From assembly GCA_965198115.1 (NCBI GenBank), contig OZ240241.1, positions 4,224,001-4,288,000 on the forward strand: a DNA stretch of 64,000 nt, read 5' to 3'. Made by a program: the position numbers and the translations under genes. Source of the stretch: Candidatus Latescibacterota bacterium (GTDB taxonomy: Bacteria > Latescibacterota > UBA2968). The notes beneath the pieces are model-generated. The model was not told the origin of the DNA, ran no database searches, and worked only from the letters and a program-made list of their open reading frames with translations. Below, in pieces: positions 1-9,213 of this stretch (its first letter is position 1; each line of letters opens with the position of its first letter).

Positions 1-744
1 GCGATCCCATCGTTCCAGCCAGGCGCGAATCATACCGACACGCGTATCATCCGACGTGCCGACGAGCTCGTTGATCTTCCATCCGCCTTCCTCTACAAGG
101 ACGTAGCCGACGATCGCATCATCCTCGTCCATCGCGACCCACGGCTCCTGATACCACGTCAACAGATGCTTGACGAAATCCTCGAGGGGGCGCACCCCGT
201 GTACCACCGCCTGCTCGTATAGCCCCTTGCAAGCGGCGACGCGGTCCGAATAGTGTTCGCCCAGGGGCTCGAAGCGGAGTGATGGCGTCGGATCGTCGAA
301 CGTGTGACGAATGTTGCTACGACCGATCGTGAAGATGGGGTTGACCCCGCACTTTTCGTAACCCCAATAGGCATACCGTTGTCGCTGCCCGCCCAGGAAT
401 GAAATGTGGGCCTCTTCGAGAAGATTTGCGACAGCTCGATCCATAAGAATCTTCATCAACCCCGTTCTGCGATAGTCAGGGTGTACGCAGACACCCCCTA
501 TCCCCGCGACGTTCCATCGAACATCCCCAACCGCGGTCACCCGCGGATAGACGCCCACGACCGCTGCGATTCGACCATCCCGCCGGATCGCATAGTTACA
601 CCGCATCCACTCGTCTGTTGGACGATAAATCGCCGGATGGAGCGTCGGAAACTCGCGAGGCGGCTCGAACCCGAACGAGTATTCCATCATCGCCATCGCC
701 TCGTCAAAGTCGGCTGCCGTTAGGCGCTCGATTATCTCTGGCAT
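1..744 (-). CDS. GNAT family N-acetyltransferase, Eis-like (3' end beyond window)
   Basis: Manual translation (not in ORF track): MPEIIERL...NVAGIGGVCVHPDYRRTGLMKILM...LGGQRQRYAYWGYE; GNAT motif A (V.P.YR..G) and the Eis-like Y...GYE; frame open to base 1. Confidence 0.8.
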   Translation of the reverse strand, partial: MPEIIERLTAADFDEAMAMMEYSFGFEPPREFPTLHPAIYRPTDEWMRCNYAIRRDGRIAAVVGVYPRVTAVGDVRWNVAGIGGVCVHPDYRRTGLMKILMDRAVANLLEEAHISFLGGQRQRYAYWGYEKCGVNPIFTIGRSNIRHTFDDPTPSLRFEPLGEHYSDRVAACKGLYEQAVVHGVRPLEDFVKHLLTWYQEPWVAMDEDDAIVGYVLVEEGGWKINELVGTSDDTRVGMIRAWLERWDR

Positions 745-799
745 TTCATACCGATTGGTCGATGTTTCGCAAACAGCGACGAGGGTTCGCGAAGACCGA

Positions 800-823
800 C
801 ACTTCGACTCCGCTCAGTGTGAC
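800..823 (-). repeat. CGTC/GTCA-type REP-like element
   Basis: cacttcgactccgctcagtgtgac matches the reverse complement of 8131-8154 with one mismatch. Confidence 0.65.
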
Positions 824-886
824 GGTGGTTTTCTGAACACTCAACACCGAACCGCTGAACACCTATTTCGTCTTCTGTGGTTCCCT

Positions 887-1871
887 CTACGTTTCCAAGT
901 CCTGGCGAGGAATCCTATACAACCGGATCTCGTGCGCACCGTTTTCCTTCTCGACCTCCGCAAACACGCGAAGCTCATTCTCGACCCACATCCAGTGAGA
1001 ATAACGCCACGTGTGAAGACGACCAGGCGTCGGGCTGATCAGCAGCGGCGCATCCGGCGTCAGGTCCGTCACGCGATGAAGATCGAACGTGAATCCCAAC
1101 CCCGTCGCAATGTTATAGCTCGGATCATCCCAGGCCGTGCTCGATCCTTCGTAAACGAACAGATGACCGACGCCCACAGGCAGTAGACTCGCGGGACGAA
1201 CCGCGTGGGTATGCCATCCGTCCAATCCCATCGTCGAGAGATTAGGATTGCCAACCGGCTCCCACGTGTCCCCGTCTTCGCTGCGAAAGTGGAAGATGCG
1301 TTCGCCTCGCTGAATCCCGATCACGTAGCAGTGGTAGACGCCGTTCGCGATCAACACCACGGGATCTTTGAACCCCGTCGGGCCACTCGGACCTCGCTCG
1401 TAGACCCCGGTTGGGCGATACCTCCTCGGTCGTCTCGGCCTCAATCACCGTCTGTACAGCTGAAGGGGCGAACTGATTGGGTCGGATCGCATCGCCCCAC
1501 TTCAGGACCGTCCACGTACCGTGGATGGGCGAGCAACCGTAGAGGCGAAACACCCGTTGGGCAGCGTCGTAGACCAGGGACGATCGTTCGAACCCGTCCA
1601 GCGGGATCTCTTCGCGCTTGATCGAGTGGACCGGTTCGAACGCCAAACCGTCATCGCTGCGGAAAATCCGAATCTCATAACCTCGATAGCCGAGAGGAGC
1701 GTCAGCCGTACGCATTCGGGCAGACATCCAGAACACGCCGTCCGGCCCTCGCGCGACCGATGGTGCACCGGCCCACCACTCCGCCTCATCCCGATCGGAC
1801 CCGGCCACCACTGTCCAGTCGAGGAAACGATCGCGAATCGCGTCAGTGAAGCGGGTTGTTTCAACAGTCAC
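887..1871 (-). CDS. Glycoside hydrolase-like beta-propeller protein (GH32/GH43/GH130-like), frameshifted near 1408
   Basis: ORFs 1242..1871 (WAGAPSV, RSDDG, FERSSL) and 887..1444 (FKDPVV, RSEDGDTW Asp-box, WRYS) join into one ~330-aa protein. Confidence 0.55.
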
Positions 1872-1902
1872 AGACGGCTCCTGGGGCAGTCGACATTCAA
1901 TG

Positions 1903-2916
1903 TCATACGGTCAGTCCGTAAATCCGTACATCCGGGGTCGAGGGATCGTGATGGTTGTAGTCGTCTCGCAATCTCGACTCCAAGAGAAAGCCCCGATCCT
2001 CGAACCAGGCAATATCCGAAGAGGCGTCTCCATGGAGAAAGGTGGTCACGTGTCCGCCGTTGGGCATCGCTCCGTCGAAAAGTCGCTCACGCTCCGACGC
2101 AAAGCGCGGATGAACATACATATCGAGGACGTGGGCGTTCTGTGGCTCCACACCGAATCCATCGCTTCGTCTGAGCAGGGCCTCCCCCACGATCTGACCT
2201 TCCGGTAGGACGAGAGCCAACCAGCGACAACGTTCCTGCCCGGACTCGATCATCCGGCTCTCGAAATCGCTGACGAGCGGATGGTGGGCGTCAGGCGATC
2301 TGCCCCACATCAGCGCCCGGTGCGGCAACCAGTGACACCAGTCGACCTCGGTCACGACCGCCCCGGCGGGCTCGCCTTGATAGTAGCTGTCCCACGAGGA
2401 ATCGCCGAAATGCTGTTCCATCCCTGTTCGACCGTTGCGCTGCCACGCCGTCCGATAGCCGAACGATTCGAACATGACTTCGGCGGGACTCCCGGTGCAC
2501 GTCGTGAAGAATCGAACGTGCCCACCCCCTTTGAAATCTTCCTCCAGCGCACCCATCAAGCTACGCGCGATCCCCAGCCTGCGTTTCTCACGGACGACAA
2601 ACGTGCTGTTGATGTACCCGACCGAAGACGATTCCGATGTCACGATGCACCCGACGATCTCCCCGGCAAGCCGCATCGCATAGAAGCTCACGAGGAGACC
2701 AGGCAGATCGCTCGTGAGCAGAAAACGATAGAGCGATGGACCCAGCGGTGTTGGCGGACGGTTCAGGAACGTGCAGAGCGGGTCGACCCACTCCGCATCC
2801 GGCGCGTCGATACGAATCAGCTCTGCCCTCTGCCCGTCGCGAAGCCGGACTTCTTCGGTGCGATCAACACTCAAGGATGCACATCCTAACCATCGCCAAC
2901 TTTGGTCACTGGTCAC
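1903..2916 (-). CDS. GNAT family N-acetyltransferase
   Basis: FVVREKRRLGIARSLM motif A and FESFGY; start uncertain. Confidence 0.7.
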   Translation of the reverse strand: MTSDQSWRWLGCASLSVDRTEEVRLRDGQRAELIRIDAPDAEWVDPLCTFLNRPPTPLGPSLYRFLLTSDLPGLLVSFYAMRLAGEIVGCIVTSESSSVGYINSTFVVREKRRLGIARSLMGALEEDFKGGGHVRFFTTCTGSPAEVMFESFGYRTAWQRNGRTGMEQHFGDSSWDSYYQGEPAGAVVTEVDWCHWLPHRALMWGRSPDAHHPLVSDFESRMIESGQERCRWLALVLPEGQIVGEALLRRSDGFGVEPQNAHVLDMYVHPRFASERERLFDGAMPNGGHVTTFLHGDASSDIAWFEDRGFLLESRLRDDYNHHDPSTPDVRIYGLTV

Positions 2917-2937
2917 TTGTCAATCGTCAGTGGTCAA
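2903..2937. repeat. Degenerate heptamer tandem array (one of about 10 at gene junctions)
   Basis: tggtcac tggtcac ttgtcaa tcgtcag tggtcaa. Confidence 0.7.
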
Positions 2938-3998
2938 TCTACCCGGTACTTCTCGAGCTTCCCCTCATCCACCTCGACACCGAGCCCCGCTCCTGTGGGC
3001 ACGGTGAGCTGACCGTTCTCGAACTGCAGCTTTTCGACGAGGATGTCATCGACCAACCCGTGGTAGCAGGTGTCATTCGGCCCTGACCAGTTGGGAGTCG
3101 CCGCAGCCACGTGTGTGATGGCTGCCGTCTTGAGGCCCAGATCGTGCGAGCAATGCATCAGGCAAGGCACATCCCACGCTTCGGCGACGGCGGCGATCTT
3201 GCGCACGCCAAGGAGGCTACCGGCTACCGGCGTATCCGGCATCAATGCATCTCCCGCCTCGGCGATCAGCATCTCGCGGACCGCATCCAGCGAAGTCACG
3301 CCCTCGTTGATCAGCACCCTCATGCCTGTTTCACGTATTCCTCTCAGGATCTCCGTGTGATCGGGTGAACACGGGTCCTCGAAATCATTCACGCCGACGT
3401 CCTTCATTCTTGCCATCGCTTCTGTCGCCAGGTCCGGTCCGTAGCCGCTGTTAGCGTCGGGACGCAAGGTCGCGTCGTGCTGAATTTCCTTCACGATTGC
3501 GTCGGCTGCCGCAAGGTCGTGCTCGAGATCGTCCCCCGCCTTCGTCTTGAGATGCGTGAAGCCCCATCGGTCCACGACTTCTCGAGCTGTAGACCCGCAT
3601 TCTGCGGGCGACTTGATGCCCTGGCAGGCCGTGAAATCGACCCGATCCCTGAGCCTGCCGCCCCAAAGCACGTGCACGGGGAGTCCGGCGTGCTTCCCAA
3701 GGAAATCCCATAGGGCCATCTCCACACCGGACATTGGCCCCCGCGGAATGCCAGCCTCAGCCATCGCCGCAACGGCACCCTCCACATCGGATATGTCCCT
3801 CCCGACGAGGACCTCGGCCGGGTCCATCTCGAACTGAAATCTGCCCTCTCCCCAACCCACGAGCCCGTCACTCTCGACTTTTACGATCAGCCCGCTTCCT
3901 CCCTTCGTCCCCTCGCCTTTTCCGCGACCTTTGTATGGCCCCACAGGCGCCTCGTAGGGTACAAAAACGGATGTTGCAGTGACTTTCGTGATCTTCAT
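2934..3998 (-). CDS. Mandelate racemase/muconate lactonizing enzyme family (enolase superfamily; glucarate dehydratase-like)
   Basis: GLVGWGE, EMALWD, KxK (LKTK), metal ligands DAN/FEDP/NEG, MH.S motif, PTGAGLGVEVD; start at MKITKV. Confidence 0.85.
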   Translation of the reverse strand: MKITKVTATSVFVPYEAPVGPYKGRGKGEGTKGGSGLIVKVESDGLVGWGEGRFQFEMDPAEVLVGRDISDVEGAVAAMAEAGIPRGPMSGVEMALWDFLGKHAGLPVHVLWGGRLRDRVDFTACQGIKSPAECGSTAREVVDRWGFTHLKTKAGDDLEHDLAAADAIVKEIQHDATLRPDANSGYGPDLATEAMARMKDVGVNDFEDPCSPDHTEILRGIRETGMRVLINEGVTSLDAVREMLIAEAGDALMPDTPVAGSLLGVRKIAAVAEAWDVPCLMHCSHDLGLKTAAITHVAAATPNWSGPNDTCYHGLVDDILVEKLQFENGQLTVPTGAGLGVEVDEGKLEKYRVD

Positions 3999-4026
3999 AG
4001 CCTCATCCTGTATTCGATTACGGGTT

Positions 4027-4061
4027 TTCAATATTCAATGTTCAATGTTCTATGTTCTATG
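4027..4061. repeat. Heptamer tandem array
   Basis: ttcaata ttcaatg ttcaatg ttctatg ttctatg, overlapping the stop codon at 4050. Confidence 0.75.
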
Positions 4062-5156
4062 CCAGTTTCTCGAGTCCGGTACTTCCAACCACGCCCCATC
4101 CTGCAGAATCGAATCCTGACTGATCAGGCCGGGTATTGTCATATCCATCGCCTCGTGAATCCCGATGCAGCACCAGGGTTCCTCACCCTGAATCGCCCTC
4201 AGGAAATCTCGAACAGCGTGATAGTCGCTGCCTCCGTGTCCACCTGTTCCATCCTTCGGCTCGGCACGCCAGATGTCGGGCAGGTATTCGTCGCCGATCG
4301 TATCCAGATCCCGCCAAGTCTCCTTGTCGTCGCACAGGTCTTCCAGCCAGATCCGATGCCTTCCGTCGCGGTCGCGAGCGGACTCGAAGACCCCATTGGT
4401 ACCCTGTAGCTGATAGGTACAGGTCACGCTAGGACGCTCGGATATCATATCGATCCGGATCTTGATCAGCACGCCGCGCGCTGTTTTCGCGAGCATCACC
4501 GCCGTGTCGTCGTGGTAGGGCTGACCTCGTGGATCCTTGAAGTGACTGCCCGATCCTTCGCAGCAGACCCGGACGATGCGGTCTCCTTCCAGCCAGCTCA
4601 GGATGGGTCCAAGCTGGTGAGTCGGATAGGTGATGCCACGCACCCCCGTCTGCCAGGTCCGACGCCACGGTGTGCGCTCGTTGAGATCCTTCAGCTCGTG
4701 GAGGTATTCCCCATCCGCGAAAGTCGGCGAGCCGAAAAGCCCGTGCTGAACCAGAGTTCGAACGATCGCGTTCTGACGCGTATAGATCACGTTCTCACCC
4801 ATCCAATACATGGCACGGGAATCCGCGACGGCGGCAACAAGCTGACGGCATTGGTCCAGGGAAACGGCCGCTGAAACTTCGCTATAGACGTGGATGTCTC
4901 GCGCCAGCGCATCGATGGACTGGGCGGCGTGCAGATGCATCGGAGTCGATACGATGACCGCATCGAGTTTCCCCTCGTCGAGCATCTGCTCGTAGTTCGT
5001 GTAACACGTGACGTCGCCCCAGTGGTCCCGTGCGCTGTCCAGGGCTTCCTCGTCGACATCACAGACAGCCGTCACGCGACCGCCCCCAGCCTCGATCCCG
5101 GACTTGAACGACCTCCCCCGACGCGTCCCAACGATGCCGATTTTCACGGCTGCCAT
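4050..5156 (-). CDS. Gfo/Idh/MocA family oxidoreductase (GH109-like)
   Basis: KIGIVG, DAVIVSTPMHLH, SEV, GEYLH, YPTHQLGP, GGHGGSD. Confidence 0.88.
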   Translation of the reverse strand: MAAVKIGIVGTRRGRSFKSGIEAGGGRVTAVCDVDEEALDSARDHWGDVTCYTNYEQMLDEGKLDAVIVSTPMHLHAAQSIDALARDIHVYSEVSAAVSLDQCRQLVAAVADSRAMYWMGENVIYTRQNAIVRTLVQHGLFGSPTFADGEYLHELKDLNERTPWRRTWQTGVRGITYPTHQLGPILSWLEGDRIVRVCCEGSGSHFKDPRGQPYHDDTAVMLAKTARGVLIKIRIDMISERPSVTCTYQLQGTNGVFESARDRDGRHRIWLEDLCDDKETWRDLDTIGDEYLPDIWRAEPKDGTGGHGGSDYHAVRDFLRAIQGEEPWCCIGIHEAMDMTIPGLISQDSILQDGAWLEVPDSRNWHRT

Positions 5157-5227
5157 TCTTACGTCGTATCCACTACGGCAACCACCCCACAATTTTCATT
5201 TTGCATTCTTCAATTTTCATTCCGCTC

Positions 5228-5944
5228 TCAGGCCGTAGGCCTCTTGTAATACTCCTCCCACCGCTCCGAAGGCTCGAACCCCAGAATCCGACGCGCCTTG
5301 TCGACCGTGTATTTACCGTGCGCTTCGAAGCTGAGCATGTTGAACTCCTGGTAGTCCTCCGGCACGGACTCGATCTCCAGCGCCAGCTTGCACACGGCCG
5401 CCAGATCGTCATAAATGACGGTGAATGGAGGGAAGTCCGTCTGTGTCTGTGGGCCATCGGGACGCGGCCTCAGTCCGTTGAACACGAACGTTACCGTCTG
5501 AATCCCGTAGCGACGGGCGAAGGTCCTGCAGATTTCGTAGGACATCGTCTTCGTCAGCCCATAGATGCCCGATCCCGGGGCGCGCGGCACATCCGACACG
5601 TCGAACGCGTGATCAGACGAACCGCGAATGCACTGGGGCCCTGTATGGACGACTTTCTTGATCCCAAGCTCAGACGCGGCTCGCATCACGTGCCAGGCGC
5701 CAGTGACGTTCACGGCGAAACCAGGATCCCGAATCGATCGCAAGACGGTGAAGTTCATCAGCGCGTCGCATCCACGCGCAGCCTCCAGCACCTGATCGTA
5801 GTTCGTAATGTCAACGTGCGTGATCTCCCGCCCATCGGGATAGGGCGCGATGTCGGACAGGTGAAGTTCGTAGTCTTTCTCGAGCATCGGGACGATGTGC
5901 GGCGCGATGTTACCTGAAGCCCCGTAAAGTGCGATCCGCTTCAT
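5228..5944 (-). CDS. NAD-dependent epimerase/dehydrogenase (extended SDR, uronate dehydrogenase-like)
   Basis: GASGNIA glycine loop, LSDI, VNVTG, YGLTK (YxxxK), ARRILGFEP. Confidence 0.85.
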   Translation of the reverse strand: MKRIALYGASGNIAPHIVPMLEKDYELHLSDIAPYPDGREITHVDITNYDQVLEAARGCDALMNFTVLRSIRDPGFAVNVTGAWHVMRAASELGIKKVVHTGPQCIRGSSDHAFDVSDVPRAPGSGIYGLTKTMSYEICRTFARRYGIQTVTFVFNGLRPRPDGPQTQTDFPPFTVIYDDLAAVCKLALEIESVPEDYQEFNMLSFEAHGKYTVDKARRILGFEPSERWEEYYKRPTA

Positions 5945-6627
5945 GACGCCCCCCCGAAGTTTCTTCGTTCTATCTCGAGCATCGGCCGAAGCCCGGCAAT
6001 ACGCGGGTCACCTTTAAGGAATCGAGGATTCGGGTGATCGCCAACAACGTGAAGGATTCCGTAGCGCTGCTGCCAGTTGAGCTCGTCGGACGTGTCGCGA
6101 TCGACAGCCAGCCCGATAGCTTTGGCCGCATCCCGATAGTCGAGCCAGTCCGTCTGTGGTTCACCTTCGACTGAATCCACATCGACCAGATGTCCGAGTC
6201 GCACCACCGTCACCGCAACTGCGTGATCGCGGGCGAACTCTCTGGCAGCGACCTCAGACAGCAGCGGCAGCAGCTGGTCGAAGTCATCCGTCGGCTCCGG
6301 CCGCCAGTACGGGGTGATGTAGACGTCATCGGGATACGCGCGGAAGAACGCGAGCGTGCTGCCCAGAACGATCCGTCGCACACCTGCGTCCACGGCCGCT
6401 TTCACCAGCATATAGGTTCCCCGTGTGGCGAGATCCATCTGACGATGTTCATCTTCACCAACGAGCTCCCCCAAATGGACGACAGCATCGACTTCGCGCA
6501 CCGCTTCCCAGACTGCCGTGTCATCCGTCAGGTTCTCGGGCTCGAACGTTGTACACTCGTCGTCCGATCGTTCGCCTTTGATCGCCTCGATCAACCGATC
6601 GTCTTGTCCCGCGATAAGGATTCTCAT
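5941..6627 (-). CDS. Extended SDR-fold protein with degenerate catalytic motifs
   Basis: VDAVVHLG, GTYMLVKAA..AGVRRIVLGST, RDAA; no GxxGxxG and no YxxxK; ATGA overlap with next gene. Confidence 0.7.
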   Translation of the reverse strand: MRILIAGQDDRLIEAIKGERSDDECTTFEPENLTDDTAVWEAVREVDAVVHLGELVGEDEHRQMDLATRGTYMLVKAAVDAGVRRIVLGSTLAFFRAYPDDVYITPYWRPEPTDDFDQLLPLLSEVAAREFARDHAVAVTVVRLGHLVDVDSVEGEPQTDWLDYRDAAKAIGLAVDRDTSDELNWQQRYGILHVVGDHPNPRFLKGDPRIAGLRPMLEIERRNFGGAS

Positions 6628-6644
6628 AGGCTCCTCGCACTGAC

Positions 6645-6712
6645 TCGCGGCTGAAAGCCGCTCCTACCCGCTCTGGTCACCGTCCGGTTCGCAGTCGGGA
6701 GACTGCTCCCAC
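6645..6712 (-). repeat. Two GTAG/GTGG-tagged REP palindromes
   Basis: Minus strand GTAGGAGCGGCTTTCAGCCGCGA (6645-6667) and GTGGGAGCAGTCTCCCGACTGCGA (6689-6712). Confidence 0.75.
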
Positions 6713-6789
6713 CGAAGACGTTGCCACGCCTGCTCGCGCACTCGCCCACTCTGGTATTGGTCACCTGTCACCGGTCAATGGTCATTGCG

Positions 6790-8019
6790 TTAAGCCAGCA
6801 CATCCGTAGCAACGCGCAATATGTTCCCGCCAATGATCTTCCGAATGTCCTCGTCCGAATACCCACGCTGAACGAGCCCGACGGTGATCAATGGCCAGTT
6901 CGTCCAAGCGAGACTCTGTACCTGATGATCCTGTTTGAACTCCGGCCATCGCATCGGATCGTTTTCAGGCCACAATGCTTCCCACCGCGCCCGAAGCGCT
7001 CGTGATTTCGGCACCTTGCGATTCTCCTCTTCGGTATAGATCGATGTGTAGGAGCGATCCGTCCCGATCGTCACGTAATCCGTCCCGTAGGTCTTCGCAA
7101 CGAAGTCGATATGGTCGAGCATCGCGCTGATGTCTCCCTTTCCGCCGAGGAACCCCGGAATATTCGTAATTCCCATCGTTCCGCCCGTTCCGATGATCGC
7201 GCGAATCACGTCGTCGTCCTTACAGCGAATGTGGGCGTTCAGCGCGTGGGCGCACGAATGGCTCACGACCATCGGGCGTTCGGTGACGGTCGTAGCATCC
7301 AGACTCGTCTGTCGCCCTGTATGTGCGACGTCCACGATGACACCCACGCGATTCATCTCATCGATCACGGCGCGGCCGAAGTCGCTCAGACCCGCATCAG
7401 CCGGCTCGGCGCATCCGTCACCCATCGGATTGCGGCGATTGTAGGTCAGATGCATCATCCGCACGCCCAGTTGGAAGAAGACGCGGATGAATCGCATTTC
7501 CTCTTCGACGGTTCGCTGATCCCGCGCGAGAGGTATGCCATTGCCCGTCATATAGCGGCAATGCTTGCCCTCCGCTTTGGCCGCCTCGATGTCTTCCGGA
7601 CGTGTGGCGCGCCGCATCAAGTCCGGCATCATATCCGTGACATAGGTGTGGCGCGCCAGCCGCTGGATGAGCACACTCGGATCGTTCCCCTCCTCGCCCG
7701 CGTTCTGAAACGTGCACGTCACGCCCGCGGAGGCCCAAGCTTCGGCGAACTCTTTGCTCAGCTTCGGAACCGTCGCCCATCGAGTCATCCGATGGTCCTC
7801 CGTCAGGTCCTGCAGCTCGACTTCGGTGGCGCCATCCTCGACGGCCTTCGCGACCACATCACCGTCGATCGGCGCCGACAGACCCAGCCCATAAGATTCC
7901 ACGACGACCGAGTCCTTATGAAGCTCCATCCCGTGATCCAGGTCTTTCTGACTCGGCTGAAGGATCCCGAGCCCGATTTCCCGTGCTTTTTTGATTTGGT
8001 CATTCTTTGCAGAGATCAA
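6790..8019 (-). CDS. Membrane dipeptidase (peptidase M19) family protein, divergent
   Basis: GVRMMHLTYN..N..GDG, GLSDFG..VI.EMNR.GVIVDVAH, VSHS, IGTD, GYSDEDIRKIIGGNILRV; start uncertain. Confidence 0.85.
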   Translation of the reverse strand: MISAKNDQIKKAREIGLGILQPSQKDLDHGMELHKDSVVVESYGLGLSAPIDGDVVAKAVEDGATEVELQDLTEDHRMTRWATVPKLSKEFAEAWASAGVTCTFQNAGEEGNDPSVLIQRLARHTYVTDMMPDLMRRATRPEDIEAAKAEGKHCRYMTGNGIPLARDQRTVEEEMRFIRVFFQLGVRMMHLTYNRRNPMGDGCAEPADAGLSDFGRAVIDEMNRVGVIVDVAHTGRQTSLDATTVTERPMVVSHSCAHALNAHIRCKDDDVIRAIIGTGGTMGITNIPGFLGGKGDISAMLDHIDFVAKTYGTDYVTIGTDRSYTSIYTEEENRKVPKSRALRARWEALWPENDPMRWPEFKQDHQVQSLAWTNWPLITVGLVQRGYSDEDIRKIIGGNILRVATDVLA

Positions 8020-8085
8020 CTTTTATCAATGGTCAATGCGTCCATCGCTGTCGAAACGTTGTGGGCGCAAACATCGGACGAGCAC

Positions 8086-8154
8086 GTCGTGCTTCGACTC
8101 CGCTCAGCATTACGTATCATCCACGACATGGTCACACTGAGCGCAGTCGAAGTG
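8086..8154. repeat. Inverted pair of CGTC/GTCA-type REP-like elements
   Basis: cttcgactccgctcag (8092-8107) ... ctgagcgcagtcgaag (8137-8152). Confidence 0.7.
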
Positions 8155-8226
8155 CGGCCAGATCGCGCCTACGCCCACGTGTGCGGGCAAAGCCGTCGTA
8201 ATCGTCCACTGTCTCCCGTCAACCGT

Positions 8227-9138
8227 CTACTCCACAATCCTTCCGTAATGTTCCACCCGCCGATTCTTCTCGAAGTTAAACGTCGTCTCCTTGTAGACCT
8301 GCGCCTGGTCCAGATCGCAACTGGCGACGATGAGTTCGTCCTCGAGCGTCGTGCACATCGCGACGACTTCACCAGACGGAGCAATGATGCAGGACTGACC
8401 GATCTGGCTCACCCCTTCTTCTACCCCGGCCTTGGCAACGCCGACAACCCACGTCGCATTCTGGTAGGCCCCAGACTGCATACAGAGCAAGTTGTGAAAA
8501 TTGGCGAGGTGGTTGCTCCCTGGACTGGCTGGGTTGTTGTCAGGCGTGTTGTATCCTAGAAGAATCATCTCCGCACCTTGAAGACCGAGCGTCCGGTAAG
8601 ACTCCGGCCAACGGCGATCGTAGCAGATGCACATTCCGATCGTTCCACCGAACGCGTCCCACACTCGGAATCCCAGGTTGCCCACGTCGAAGTAGAACTT
8701 CTCCAGATTCTGATACACGTGGCCGGGCTGGTAGGCATCGTATCCCGGCAGGTGGATTTTCCGATACTTGCCGATGATCTGCCCGTCTTTCCCCACGAGA
8801 ATCGACGTGTTGTAGTACCGCGTCTGCCCGTCTTCCACGGCCAACTCCGCATAGCCCAGACAGAACCCGACGTCCAACCGTGCCGCCTCATCGAACAGCG
8901 GCTGCGTCTCAGGACCCGGCATCTCTCGCTCGAAGTAGCCATCGATCTCCCCCTGATCCTCCATATACCAATGAGGGAAAAACGCGGTCAACGCCACTTC
9001 GGTGAAGACAACCAGATCGCAGCCCCGCCCGTGAGCTTCACGGAGAAGGTCGAGCAACCGTTTCACGACATCCTCGCGGCTCTCCGATCTAGAGACCGGC
9101 CCAAACTGTGCTGCCCCAACGATGATATTTCGTGCCAT
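8227..9138 (-). CDS. N-carbamoyl-D-amino acid hydrolase (D-carbamoylase, nitrilase superfamily)
   Basis: E-K-C triad (VVFTE, YRKIHLPG, CICYDRRWPE), GYNTP, AYQN, HYG end. Confidence 0.9.
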   Translation of the reverse strand: MARNIIVGAAQFGPVSRSESREDVVKRLLDLLREAHGRGCDLVVFTEVALTAFFPHWYMEDQGEIDGYFEREMPGPETQPLFDEAARLDVGFCLGYAELAVEDGQTRYYNTSILVGKDGQIIGKYRKIHLPGYDAYQPGHVYQNLEKFYFDVGNLGFRVWDAFGGTIGMCICYDRRWPESYRTLGLQGAEMILLGYNTPDNNPASPGSNHLANFHNLLCMQSGAYQNATWVVGVAKAGVEEGVSQIGQSCIIAPSGEVVAMCTTLEDELIVASCDLDQAQVYKETTFNFEKNRRVEHYGRIVE

Positions 9139-9213
9139 CAGACCGCCTTTAGTGCTCATCTACCCAGCGGGAGCCATCGTTCGAAGGTCGCAACCTCGCC
9201 CTGCCGCCACTCA

